From Minisyncoccota bacterium (GTDB lineage: Bacteria; Patescibacteriota; Minisyncoccia; Phycocordibacterales; UBA9973), in assembly GCA_041650615.1 (NCBI GenBank), contig JBAZKU010000001.1, forward strand, positions 458,750-522,749: a stretch of DNA of 64,000 bases, read 5' to 3'. Numbering within the stretch: the first letter of the stretch is position 1; each line of letters opens with the position of its first letter. The notes beneath the pieces were generated by a model, which searched no databases, was not told where the DNA came from, and was given only the letters and a program-made list of their open reading frames with translations. Below, in pieces: positions 18,884 to 28,726 of this stretch. The translations under genes and the position numbers were made by a program.

Positions 18884-20209
18884 TTATTTTAATTGTAATT
18901 CCCAAAAGTATGAGTCTTTTTTGTTTATAAAGAATAAATAGTTTTGATTTTCATCCAAACTGAGTTTTATCCCATCTATTTCACCCCCCCCCACCGAAGC
19001 TGGGTCCAATAACATTGTTGTATTACCACTTATAACATCTATTTTCCATATTTCATCGATAAAAGAGACCTCTCCTTGATACCAAGAATCCGGGTACTGA
19101 ACTCGATCTATAAATTTTGGCACGGCGCAATAAACAACATCGCTTGCCTTCCCCCAAGCGCATTTTTCCGGCAAAGTTTTTACGCCAAGTAAAGTAGAAT
19201 TTCCTGTATTTATATTAAAGGCACTTAGCGATAAATTATTGTCACCATAAAGAACCATTTTACTGTCCGGACTGGCGAGAGTTGTTAATCCATTTATCCC
19301 GCCTAAAATTTTATTAAAGTCTTTTTTGTCTGGATTAATTACATACATAAACCCGGGAACATTCGCAGAAGGTTTAGTTGTAACCGTAATCATTTTGTTA
19401 TTGGGCCAAAAAGACAGCCATTCGGTAAAAGGAGAACCAAATACTTGAATTTTTGTATTGGTTCCCAAAGCAAGGGTTACTCCCACTGCGGTATTTTCTG
19501 TGTTGAATAAATAAAATATTTTTGAGGCATCAGATGACACACTCATATCTGAAATGTTTTCTGGGAGAAAAGAGCCTTTAATTTCATCTGTTCCAACTGA
19601 ATCCGCTCCCAAATATTCTTTTGGAAGAGTGCCAATAAAAGTTTCTATGGTTTTGTTGTCTTCTTTCAAATATCGCATAACCACGGATTCTCCTTTGTTT
19701 CCGAAATATGCCTCATAAACCTTTGGTATTACTGTGGAAGAAAATTGTCGTTCATCTATCCTGTCTGCAAAAGTTTGATAAATGTTTCCTGTGGCTTTAT
19801 TAACATATCTTAAAGCTGGCATAAACTCAGTTGGAGGAGCAGTTGGAGTTACGGTTTGTCCCCTTTGATCTATTTGTTCTGTTGATGTTGTGATAGGCAC
19901 ATCTTTAAATCTTTCTTTTGTAAAGATTCCGTAACCAGCAATAGGAAAACTGGAAATTTTTTTTAATTTTACGTTTTGAGTTTCCGTTTCTGAAGTTGGT
20001 GTATTTTCTGAAACATTAGTAGGTGTCGTCGTATCTACGGGAGTCGTGTTTTTACTTTTTCCAAAAGGTAAAAAGTCCGCTAGAAAATTAGTTCCCTGTG
20101 TGGTTTCTGCTAGCTGGCTCGCCGGTTGATAAAAAAAGAAAAATCCAAAAGCAATAACCACAATGATTGCCAGAATTATTATTAATAAGATAAGATTTCT
20201 TGTTGACAT
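18884..20209 (-). CDS. Secreted/membrane-anchored protein, last gene of the T4SS-like operon (possibly beta-propeller)
   Basis: N-terminal TM, Thr/Pro-rich linker, beta-rich C-terminal domain; contains a G9 homopolymer at ~18977-18985. Confidence 0.5.
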   Translation of the reverse strand: MSTRNLILLIIILAIIVVIAFGFFFFYQPASQLAETTQGTNFLADFLPFGKSKNTTPVDTTTPTNVSENTPTSETETQNVKLKKISSFPIAGYGIFTKERFKDVPITTSTEQIDQRGQTVTPTAPPTEFMPALRYVNKATGNIYQTFADRIDERQFSSTVIPKVYEAYFGNKGESVVMRYLKEDNKTIETFIGTLPKEYLGADSVGTDEIKGSFLPENISDMSVSSDASKIFYLFNTENTAVGVTLALGTNTKIQVFGSPFTEWLSFWPNNKMITVTTKPSANVPGFMYVINPDKKDFNKILGGINGLTTLASPDSKMVLYGDNNLSLSAFNINTGNSTLLGVKTLPEKCAWGKASDVVYCAVPKFIDRVQYPDSWYQGEVSFIDEIWKIDVISGNTTMLLDPASVGGGEIDGIKLSLDENQNYLFFINKKDSYFWELQLK

Positions 20210-20215
20210 AAAAAA

Positions 20216-21577
20216 TTAGTATACATTTATTAAATGTTTTAATGAATCGCCATAAAAAGTAAGTGAACGACCTGATTTTATAGCTCCATTTGTTCCTCCA
20301 CTTCCACTAACTTCTATAGTTTTTCCATCCCCAATATACATAACCACATGGCCTACATTAGGGAATATAGCGCTTTCCCCAATTTTCCAACCCAACAAAT
20401 CTCCAATCTTTAATTCTTTCCCGTTTACCGAATTGCCAGAAATACTTATTGAAGTGTTATCAAGGAACATGCTAGATGTACGGTCGCCCGAAAAGTCTAG
20501 TCCTGCGCATTTATATACTTGTTTCACAAAAGAAGAACAATCAAGATATAAAGTCGGGACGGTTTTATTAATTTTATTTCTGTTGTTTTGACTATAAGTT
20601 ACTTTCCCCTCAAAACTATTAGCTATTTTTAGAAGTTCAGAACTTCTATTATTAGCTGTTGAAGTACCGGGACAATAAATTTGTAAAAAATCCAAGTCTG
20701 TTTTACTCGCGGCTACGAAGGCTTCGTTTGATTCTGCAGCAGGGCCATTTATTTCTATTGTTGCTTGGGGCAAATTATTCAAACACACACTAAGCAACTG
20801 AGGATTTATGGTATTTAAAATAAGATAAGAACCCAAAGCTAAGAGAAGTCCCAATACTGCATGAACAATTCTTTCCTTCCCAGCTTCCTTGGAAGACACA
20901 AGCTCGCTAGTCATGTATTCTATTCCCCCCATTACAATCATCACCATGGCCATTACCGCCGCAAAACCGATAACCAGTTTAATTATTATATTTAAGTAGT
21001 TTCCAAAAGGGCACGGATTGCTGTCAGAGCTCTGAGTATCAATTGTTGTATCTACTCCAGGCAATGAGGCAAGTGGAGTATAGGTTGTATCTGTGGTAGA
21101 AGTGGTTGCAGAAGAGAGAATTACGGTATCATATGGATTTTTAACTACTACTGAAACACCTGTGGTATCAAAAATCAACGGATTATTAGGGATGTCCTCT
21201 TGTTTTTCAAAAGCTAACCCAGCTATATAATAAGTTCCTTCTTCGGTGTAAGAAGATGTAAAATAAACTGAGCAAGTATTGTAACTTCCGGTTGAATTTG
21301 GGATCATGGTGCATGTTCCCCCGTCAGAAAAAGAATAGTCCTGACTAGGCCCGGTATTAACGCTAAATTCAAATATATTATTATATGGAGATTCTGACTT
21401 AACCGTTATTTTTACTGTTTGCCCTGGAACTGAAGTTGATGGTTCCGCGGACAGAGTTATTTTAAGATTTTGTGCCAAGCTTTGATTAAACGGAATAAAT
21501 AAACCAAATGAAAACATCATTAAGAATATCAGAACTATGGTTTTTTTAAAAAGTTTTTGCATATTAAAATGATACAC
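20216..21577 (-). CDS. Cell-wall hydrolase: NlpC/P60 peptidase C-terminus fused to a pilin-like two-helix hydrophobic hairpin
   Basis: Signal peptide; two hydrophobic helices separated by a short polar loop; NlpC/P60 catalytic Cys motif LDCSSFV and His in GHVVMYIGDG. Confidence 0.7.
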   Translation of the reverse strand: MYHFNMQKLFKKTIVLIFLMMFSFGLFIPFNQSLAQNLKITLSAEPSTSVPGQTVKITVKSESPYNNIFEFSVNTGPSQDYSFSDGGTCTMIPNSTGSYNTCSVYFTSSYTEEGTYYIAGLAFEKQEDIPNNPLIFDTTGVSVVVKNPYDTVILSSATTSTTDTTYTPLASLPGVDTTIDTQSSDSNPCPFGNYLNIIIKLVIGFAAVMAMVMIVMGGIEYMTSELVSSKEAGKERIVHAVLGLLLALGSYLILNTINPQLLSVCLNNLPQATIEINGPAAESNEAFVAASKTDLDFLQIYCPGTSTANNRSSELLKIANSFEGKVTYSQNNRNKINKTVPTLYLDCSSFVKQVYKCAGLDFSGDRTSSMFLDNTSISISGNSVNGKELKIGDLLGWKIGESAIFPNVGHVVMYIGDGKTIEVSGSGGTNGAIKSGRSLTFYGDSLKHLINVY

Positions 21578-22553
21578 TAATTTGCTTTGTCATACTTTGG
21601 AAAAGCGTATTAACATTATTTATGGCGACTTTAATTAAAGCGCTTCCGGATTGTCCGGCTTCCGGTTTGATGGACAATATATTTTTAGGATCTGGTGTTT
21701 GTATTTTCTCTCCATTTAAAGACCAATCAAAGACAAGGTCGGATGAATTTATATTTTTAGGTGAAAAGAAATAAGGTTCTACTATGAAGATTTCTCCGTC
21801 CGAATTTATTTTAAATCCATCACTCAAGGCTGTTTCCCATTGTACGCCGAGTAATGGGTCATTTCTATAAAAAAGTATTTTAGGATTTGCCGTGCTTAAG
21901 GTTATTTTTCCGGAGGCATTAGTACTCCCGGTAATATCGGACACTTTTACTTCAACAACATTTCCTTTATCCAAATAACTATTTTGAAAAATAAAATAAT
22001 TTTTACCCCATCCGGAAGAATTAGATTGAGCACTTCCATCCTTGGTCCATATATAAGACAAATTGTTTATATTCACTTTCCCGTATTGATTTACTAAATT
22101 CGGTATTGCTACCACTTTAAAGGTTCCTTGACTGGGGACCAGTGCTTTCCCTCTATAAAAAGGCGGAGTGTAAGAATCAGGGGCTTCCCAGAGTATATCT
22201 ACTCCCGATGGCGTTAAAGTCAGAGTTTTTGATATGGTTTCCCCGTCAATTGTGTTTATTATTACAGATAAAATAGTAGACGATCCTGCACTTCCCACCT
22301 TAAAAGAAAAAGATTTTTTCCCAATTCCTGCGCTTGCCTCTTGGCCATTTACTGACCAAGAAATATTCGCCTTATCAAGATTGATAGCATAACTATTTAA
22401 AGTGGCATCTGTATTTTGATTTGGACTTGGGTATTGGGGGGAAACATTAAGAACAATGTCCGTATCTTGTACCTGAGCACTCGCAAAAGACCCAAAAAGG
22501 GTAAAAATAAGCATAAAAAGCAACACTGAATATTTTTTTGCCATTATTCTCAT
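21564..22553 (-). CDS. Secreted beta-rich protein of the T4SS-like operon
   Basis: Cleavable signal peptide (FASAQV); overlaps the downstream gene by 14 nt (translational coupling). Confidence 0.5.
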   Translation of the reverse strand: MRIMAKKYSVLLFMLIFTLFGSFASAQVQDTDIVLNVSPQYPSPNQNTDATLNSYAINLDKANISWSVNGQEASAGIGKKSFSFKVGSAGSSTILSVIINTIDGETISKTLTLTPSGVDILWEAPDSYTPPFYRGKALVPSQGTFKVVAIPNLVNQYGKVNINNLSYIWTKDGSAQSNSSGWGKNYFIFQNSYLDKGNVVEVKVSDITGSTNASGKITLSTANPKILFYRNDPLLGVQWETALSDGFKINSDGEIFIVEPYFFSPKNINSSDLVFDWSLNGEKIQTPDPKNILSIKPEAGQSGSALIKVAINNVNTLFQSMTKQISVSF

Positions 22554-22557
22554 TGTA

Positions 22558-24405
22558 TCATTTTTTTTCTTCCATCTCTATTCTCTCCATGTCTTGTTTT
22601 GCTTTCTTGATTGATAATATCTGAGATGGGTCGGAAGTAATAATTTGATCTTCCGTATAAGAAGATATAACCTTTATGGCGACATGTTTTAATCCGGCGA
22701 AGAATATTCCTTCCCCCACTTCGGATTCCAAAAGCAAATATTTTTCTTCATCTGTAAGATTGAAGGTTTTTTGCAAAGCGTCTATGGTAGTTGGGGACTG
22801 TTTTAAAAGGAGTTGGATGGAAGAGTTGGTAATAATTGGAATTCCATATGGAGATTTCATAAAATCTGCCGCATCTTGGGTGATGGTGGAAAGCCCCAAA
22901 TAATATTTTCTGCCTCGCTTGGCGATGGAATACAAGAAAGAGGCCGTATCTTCGGATTTCATCATCCACCATGCTTCATCAACAATCAAAAGACGTTTTT
23001 TCAAATTCTTGCGTATGGTTATCCAAATATAATGCATTACGATATACATTGCGACTGGTTTTAATTCGTCTTCCATGTCGCGAACAGAAAATACCACGAA
23101 TTTTTTATTAATATCCACATTTGATGGTCTGTTAAGGAAAGTAGACCAAGACCCTTTTGTATATTTGACCAATCTTTGCATTACTGAATCACTTCCTTCC
23201 ATTCCTCCCAGCACCATTTCAAAATCCGAAAGGAGTGGCGGTTCAATGTTTGAAAAATCCGAATCCGGAGTTATATCTTTCATCGCATAAGTTTCTGAAA
23301 TAGCGCGGTCTACCATAGAATCTTCCTCCGGAGTGAGGCCACCTAACATCAATCTGAAAAGTCCGACTAGATTAATAATATTTGATCGGAGAACATCTTC
23401 GGCTGATTCATCTTCGCGCGGAATTGGCAAGTCAAAAGGGTTTATGTGATGGTCCGAAGAAAGAGAAATATTAAAATATCGTCCTCCTACGGCTTCAGCT
23501 AAATATTCATATTCTCGTTCAGGGTCTATTACTATAATATCCACATCAAACATTAAGGACCTCAAAATTTCCAGTTTTGTAGCATAACTTTTTCCTGAAC
23601 CGGATTTGGCAAAAGTCACAGAATTATAGTTTTCCAGTGAAAACCTGTCAAAAATTACCAAACTTGAATTGTGCCTGTTAACACCATAAAGTATTCCCAT
23701 ATCGGAAGTTAAGTCAAAAGAAATAAAAGGAAAGACGCTTGAAAGCGGTTCTGAATTTAATTTTTGATGAATGTCCAATAAATCATTGCCGAGTGGCATG
23801 ACGCTCTTAAAACCTTCTTCTTGCTGGAAAAGAGCCGGTTTGATATAAATCAACTTTGATTCAAGTATTGATTTTATTTCATTTTCAACTTTATAAAGTT
23901 CCAAATCATTATCGGCATAAATCGTAATATAAATGCTAACGTCAAACATTTTTTGTTGTGCTTGGATGAGATTATCACGGAGCCCCTCCAGGTCCTGATA
24001 TGCGGTATCAAGCATCGGATCGCGAACCATCCCCTTTCCTTCGCGTACATTTATTTGGCTTTGAACTTCGGCAACTTTTTTCTGAAATTGTCTTAAGGCA
24101 AGCGATGTATCTATGGGATGGATAAAAATTGAAACATCAAAAACCTTATCTAAATTAATTATCGGAGAAAACCAGTTATCACTTAAGAATCTAGGGTAAG
24201 AAATTATAAAAAAAGTACGGGCGATTTTGTCACCCAGGTTTATGGTCTTGGATTCAATTTTTAAAGCGGATGGCGCAATAATATCTTGAAGTTCCAGTTT
24301 AGCGGATTCATATATTTCTTCTGGCAATACCGCTAAAACTGAAGCATTTGCTCCTTTGGCTTCATCCGTTTTATTTTTCCCGAGCAGTTTATCAAAAATT
24401 CCCAT
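22558..24405 (-). CDS. VirB4/TrbE/CagE-family type IV secretion ATPase
   Basis: N-terminal FFIISYPRF...VSIFIHPID region typical of VirB4; Walker A FAKSGSGKSY; Walker B LLIVDEAWWMM (the DEAW motif). Confidence 0.85.
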   Translation of the reverse strand: MGIFDKLLGKNKTDEAKGANASVLAVLPEEIYESAKLELQDIIAPSALKIESKTINLGDKIARTFFIISYPRFLSDNWFSPIINLDKVFDVSIFIHPIDTSLALRQFQKKVAEVQSQINVREGKGMVRDPMLDTAYQDLEGLRDNLIQAQQKMFDVSIYITIYADNDLELYKVENEIKSILESKLIYIKPALFQQEEGFKSVMPLGNDLLDIHQKLNSEPLSSVFPFISFDLTSDMGILYGVNRHNSSLVIFDRFSLENYNSVTFAKSGSGKSYATKLEILRSLMFDVDIIVIDPEREYEYLAEAVGGRYFNISLSSDHHINPFDLPIPREDESAEDVLRSNIINLVGLFRLMLGGLTPEEDSMVDRAISETYAMKDITPDSDFSNIEPPLLSDFEMVLGGMEGSDSVMQRLVKYTKGSWSTFLNRPSNVDINKKFVVFSVRDMEDELKPVAMYIVMHYIWITIRKNLKKRLLIVDEAWWMMKSEDTASFLYSIAKRGRKYYLGLSTITQDAADFMKSPYGIPIITNSSIQLLLKQSPTTIDALQKTFNLTDEEKYLLLESEVGEGIFFAGLKHVAIKVISSYTEDQIITSDPSQILSIKKAKQDMERIEMEEKK

Positions 24406-24410
24406 AATAT

Positions 24411-25079
24411 TTATACATTTACGCTGGGCGTGACTGCGCCCGGCTCTAATTCTATCTTTCCTTCTAATTCCCCTGGGTTGAAAACTTTATAAAATACCTC
24501 CACGACTTCTTCCGTTCCTAATTGAGCTGATTTTATGCCACAGCGCGAAAGTCCTTGCTGTATTACACTTACTCTTTCTTCCAGCTGTGATCTTTTTTCT
24601 TCAAAATCCAATTGATTTTTGATCTCCTCTTCCTTTGTATTTCCCTTTGAAAACAAATTTTTTAATATTCCGGATTTTGGCCCCAAATTTACGTGTGTAT
24701 AAGGCACTACAATAAAAAAGTTTTTTGTCATAATACTTACCGATTCGGTAAAATTTCTGATAAATTCTATATATTCTTTTGTCTGCAATTTAAGTAACGG
24801 TTCATTTTGCACTTTCATTCTGTTTTCTAAAAGCAAAAGGTACGGTCTAATGTCCAGCCTTCTTGATTGTACGGATATTTGAATGGAAAAATCCAAAGTA
24901 TTCAAGAAATTTTGGAATTGAAGTATTGTAGCTTGCTGTTCATCATTTGATTTTAAGGACAAGTTCACTGAATTAGCCAGCACTACCGCCCTAAGCCCCC
25001 CGTCTTTTAAGACAACAATACCATCACGGACTTCCTTGATCGGGACAAACTCTTGAGTTGCTTTTGCTTTTAATGCCAT
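24411..25079 (-). CDS. Hypothetical protein of the T4SS-like operon
   Basis: 222 aa, no TM; tightly packed between the VirB3-like and VirB4-like genes. Confidence 0.45.
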   Translation of the reverse strand: MALKAKATQEFVPIKEVRDGIVVLKDGGLRAVVLANSVNLSLKSNDEQQATILQFQNFLNTLDFSIQISVQSRRLDIRPYLLLLENRMKVQNEPLLKLQTKEYIEFIRNFTESVSIMTKNFFIVVPYTHVNLGPKSGILKNLFSKGNTKEEEIKNQLDFEEKRSQLEERVSVIQQGLSRCGIKSAQLGTEEVVEVFYKVFNPGELEGKIELEPGAVTPSVNV

Positions 25080-25086
25080 ATATTAA

Positions 25087-25536
25087 TTACGAATTATTCT
25101 CTTCCTTTTTCAAATCAAGAACATCCAAACTCCAAGCTAAATCTCGGAGTTTGCTTCCGCTGAGTCGAACCCCATTTTGATTCATCGTTTCATTTTTTAA
25201 TTCAACTGCTGCTCCTATCTCTTTTTGTTGTTCCCTTTTTACTTTAATTGTGTGCCTTTTCCAAATATAAAGCTTATTTTGCAGAGTATATTTTATTCCA
25301 GCTTCAACCATATTGATAAAAGGCTTGCCGTTTGGATGGTAAAAAGTGAGAGCTACTGATAATCCTGCTACAATCAAAATTGGTATGGCCCCCAACCACA
25401 ATCCTAATAATTTAAATAATATGTAACATATCCCTGCTCCCCCTACCAAATACACAAATTCCTTAAAGGTAAATGGGCCAAAAATTTTATCTTCTATTTC
25501 CAAAAATTGTGGGACTTTGAATTGCATATGAATCAA
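25087..25536 (-). CDS. Small two-TM membrane protein, VirB3-like
   Basis: 149 aa with two adjacent TM helices (GAGICYILFKLLGLWLGAIPILIVAGLSVALTF), placed just upstream of the VirB4 region as in Gram-positive T4SS. Confidence 0.45.
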   Translation of the reverse strand: MIHMQFKVPQFLEIEDKIFGPFTFKEFVYLVGGAGICYILFKLLGLWLGAIPILIVAGLSVALTFYHPNGKPFINMVEAGIKYTLQNKLYIWKRHTIKVKREQQKEIGAAVELKNETMNQNGVRLSGSKLRDLAWSLDVLDLKKEENNS

Positions 25537-25568
25537 TTATAAACTACAAACTATCGGCCACCTAGCGT

Positions 25569-26240
25569 CTAATCAATGGGCATTCTGTACGGGTCTACTT
25601 TTGGAATTTCAGTGCTTGGTTTTATTGGGATACCGGAATCTTTTGTCATATTAGTAAGAGAATGTTCGGTTTCAACTGTTGGAATTTGAAAAGACCCGGA
25701 AAGTTTTTGTGCCAGTATTGGATGTATTTCCTTACCTGTTTCTGAATCAATAGGAAGATGGGCAAGTTCCTCTTTTGAAGGAGCAGGAAGTTCTTTTTCA
25801 GCCAACAAATCGGGAGTTTCCAAGTGTTTCAACATTTCTTCCCGGCTTTCCAGGGGTTGCTCTTTTGATTCCTCTGATGTTTGTGTTTGTTTATTTTCAG
25901 ATATTTTTTTTATTTCAATATTTTTTACAAGTTCCTCGCGAATTTTTTTAAAAACTCTTTCATTCATTTCATTTACTAATATATCTACCTGAGCTCTTGG
26001 GATATTCATTCTCTTTTCCAGTTCCTTCGGATAATCTTCTGGATTAATAAGCCCGCAAAGTAACAATTCCGTCTCAATCTCAAGGTCTTCCAACTGTGTA
26101 TAGCTGTATCCTTTCTCTGCTCTCATCCCCAAAATTATTCCCTTCCAATCAATTGCATCAATAGCGTGTTGGCTTTCTTCTGATAGTCCTGTCTTCGCTT
26201 TTTCTATTTTTATTTTTAGTAAATCTACTGTGTTTTCCAT
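25569..26240 (-). CDS. Hypothetical acidic protein, paralog of 26249-26749
   Basis: N-terminal ~70 aa align with the neighbouring ORF (ESQ.AI.A.DW...L..E.L). Confidence 0.5.
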   Translation of the reverse strand: MENTVDLLKIKIEKAKTGLSEESQHAIDAIDWKGIILGMRAEKGYSYTQLEDLEIETELLLCGLINPEDYPKELEKRMNIPRAQVDILVNEMNERVFKKIREELVKNIEIKKISENKQTQTSEESKEQPLESREEMLKHLETPDLLAEKELPAPSKEELAHLPIDSETGKEIHPILAQKLSGSFQIPTVETEHSLTNMTKDSGIPIKPSTEIPKVDPYRMPID

Positions 26241-26248
26241 AATATTTA

Positions 26249-26749
26249 TTATATAACAAACTTATTTTTAATATCCGTAATTTTAGAACTATTATCTAAC
26301 GTAGTTGTTCTAGAATCCTTAGTAGGTATATTTGAATTATTTTCTTTTTTTATAAAAGCAGAATAATCTCCGCCAGAAACTATAAAATTAAGGGTTTGTT
26401 TCCAATTTAGGTTTTTGTTTTTTAAATTGTCTTCAATTGTTTTTCTTATCGTTTCACTTATTGGGCTAAATATCTTTTTATTTACTTCTTCTGCAATTTT
26501 TTCCGCTTCTTCCTTGCTTGTTCCTACATTATTCTCAATATTAAGTGCATATTCATCTACATCTACCAATCCCACTAAAACTAATCCAGTTTCTACTTGG
26601 AGATCGTTTACCTCACTTTCAGTGAGTAAATTTTTTTTACCAATTTCTTCTGAGATATTCCCCCAATCAAAAGCATTAATAGCATCTTGTGATTCTTTTG
26701 GCAAATTTATCATTTCTTCTTTTATTTTTTGTTTTAATTTTTCAGTCAT
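26249..26749 (-). CDS. Hypothetical acidic protein, paralog of 25569-26240
   Basis: Shared N-terminal motif (LPKESQDAINAFDWGNISEEIGKKNLLTESEVNDLQVETGLVLVGL). Confidence 0.5.
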   Translation of the reverse strand: MTEKLKQKIKEEMINLPKESQDAINAFDWGNISEEIGKKNLLTESEVNDLQVETGLVLVGLVDVDEYALNIENNVGTSKEEAEKIAEEVNKKIFSPISETIRKTIEDNLKNKNLNWKQTLNFIVSGGDYSAFIKKENNSNIPTKDSRTTTLDNSSKITDIKNKFVI

Positions 26750-26761
26750 AAATTTTTATTT

Positions 26762-28726
26762 TTAATGCGGTTTTTCTCCACTATCTAATTTTGTTCCAGT
26801 TCTTATTTTTCTGGCAGCCTCATCTGCTCCAGCTCGGCTATATGCACCTAATTTAAATATTTGATTTAAGGTTTTACTTGTATTCCCTGATATCTTTTTT
26901 GCGTAAGCAGTTGTAATTTGATCACTCTTTACATCTAATCTTTGTTTTGCTTCACGTACATCTTTTTCAAAATCTTTTATACTACCAGAGCCCCCACTTG
27001 CCAGACTCCCCGCGTCTCTTATTGTTTCCTTTCTGGCTTTTGCAGCATCTAAACTAGCTTTTGCAGTGGCCATAGCTACTATGTCGTTAGCATTTTTTGC
27101 TTCTTTTAGATCTATTCTAGCCTTATCTATTTCTTTATCTACTTGTGCTAGGTCAAGTTTTACTGGGAGAGTAGCTTCTTTTAATTTAATCTCTGCGTCA
27201 GCTACTTCATCTTTTTCCTTTCCAATCCCTCTTTTTTCTAATTCATCCGCTCTCTTTTGTCTTCTCTCTACTTGCTGTTTCTTCATTTCTGTCCACCCCC
27301 CCTTTAAGTTTTCAGTACTGCCAATTCCCCCAACTAAAAATCCTCTACCTAGATTTATACCAGTCTGTTTTTGAAATGCTTTTCCCGCTCCAGTTTGTCG
27401 TATATCCCAACTACTCTTTTGCGTAAACTTACCTACATCTTTAAATACACTAGCAGTACGTTTGAGCCCCAATCTTTCCGCACCCTTTGCTGCTTGACTA
27501 GCAAGATATCCCCCACCCCCACCCAAAGCTACTCTTCCTGCCAAAGCAGCTCCTCCCGTTGCTGCCCCCAGCGCCAATCCTCCTGCCATTGCGCCAATAC
27601 TTGTTATTGCCTTCCCCATTTTGCCAGAATATTCTACTGCTAATTTTTTGGCCATGGTCAGGAGCATAAAAATAATAGCGAAAGGAATTATTACACTCAT
27701 TAAATGTTGCATTATATTTTCCATACCGGTTAAATTTGGGTTGTCAGCATAACTTATAATATCTGTAAGAAATTTAGTAAACAATACAATAATATACAAA
27801 AAGAATATAAACAAAGGAGCGAGCATTGCGTTTTCTATCAAATTTTTCCACCATTCTTTGTGACCGAAACCCGGGATATCAAAAGGAACACTGTATGATA
27901 TAAAAGCAATAGGAGAAAAAATCATAGATATCCAAAGAGAAACCACTCTCCCTACAAAAAGAAGAGCCACTGAAAAGAATATATAGGTCATATAAAGAAG
28001 AATTGCGGCAATTATGAGGGTCATAAAAATAAAAGTATACGCATTGGCGTCATATACTGGTTGCGTAATAAGTTCTACAGGATTGAATTTATCAACTAAT
28101 CCAACTGAAATAGTTTTTTGTCCACCAACCCCAGCTTCTGAATCTTGTAATTCACCATTTACTTTTGGAGCACTTGCATCTTTTGAAGTTATATTATTGT
28201 AAAATACTTTTGCCAGAATATTTGAACCATCAATAACTAACTTTGTAGTGAATAAGCTGAAATTTATAACTAAAGCAACTATAATAACTGCGCTAATTAA
28301 TTTTTTATTATCTGTAACATTTAAGCCGAGGATTGTTTTGATTGCTACATACAGTAAGGCAATTATAAAAAATATATTTGCGACATCTCTCACCGCCCCC
28401 CAGCCTTGTTTTACAAAATCATTGGTATATGAGGAACTATTGGTGGAATAATATACAAAGAAGTCAAGAAATTCTCCAGCAACCCGAGCAATAGCGGCAG
28501 ATACTGACCAAATTATATAAGTTAACTGCGCAGTACAAGCTGAAAGACTAATAGAAGTAAAACTAGTACAACCTAAATCAAGTTCTGTTTGTGCCCTAGC
28601 TTCATTAATTTCCACTCTCAATGTAAACTGTTGTTTATAATTTATTTTAAATCCAGCTGAAATAGGCGCCATAAAAATAGCCACCATGATCACCGATATT
28701 AAAATTTTTGATAAATGTTTTTTCAT
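26762..28726 (-). CDS. Polytopic membrane protein with C-terminal coiled coil, VirB6/TrbL-like
   Basis: Signal peptide, >=6 TM helices in the N-terminal 400 aa, Gly-rich segment, long charged coiled-coil tail. Confidence 0.55.
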   Translation of the reverse strand: MKKHLSKILISVIMVAIFMAPISAGFKINYKQQFTLRVEINEARAQTELDLGCTSFTSISLSACTAQLTYIIWSVSAAIARVAGEFLDFFVYYSTNSSSYTNDFVKQGWGAVRDVANIFFIIALLYVAIKTILGLNVTDNKKLISAVIIVALVINFSLFTTKLVIDGSNILAKVFYNNITSKDASAPKVNGELQDSEAGVGGQKTISVGLVDKFNPVELITQPVYDANAYTFIFMTLIIAAILLYMTYIFFSVALLFVGRVVSLWISMIFSPIAFISYSVPFDIPGFGHKEWWKNLIENAMLAPLFIFFLYIIVLFTKFLTDIISYADNPNLTGMENIMQHLMSVIIPFAIIFMLLTMAKKLAVEYSGKMGKAITSIGAMAGGLALGAATGGAALAGRVALGGGGGYLASQAAKGAERLGLKRTASVFKDVGKFTQKSSWDIRQTGAGKAFQKQTGINLGRGFLVGGIGSTENLKGGWTEMKKQQVERRQKRADELEKRGIGKEKDEVADAEIKLKEATLPVKLDLAQVDKEIDKARIDLKEAKNANDIVAMATAKASLDAAKARKETIRDAGSLASGGSGSIKDFEKDVREAKQRLDVKSDQITTAYAKKISGNTSKTLNQIFKLGAYSRAGADEAARKIRTGTKLDSGEKPH

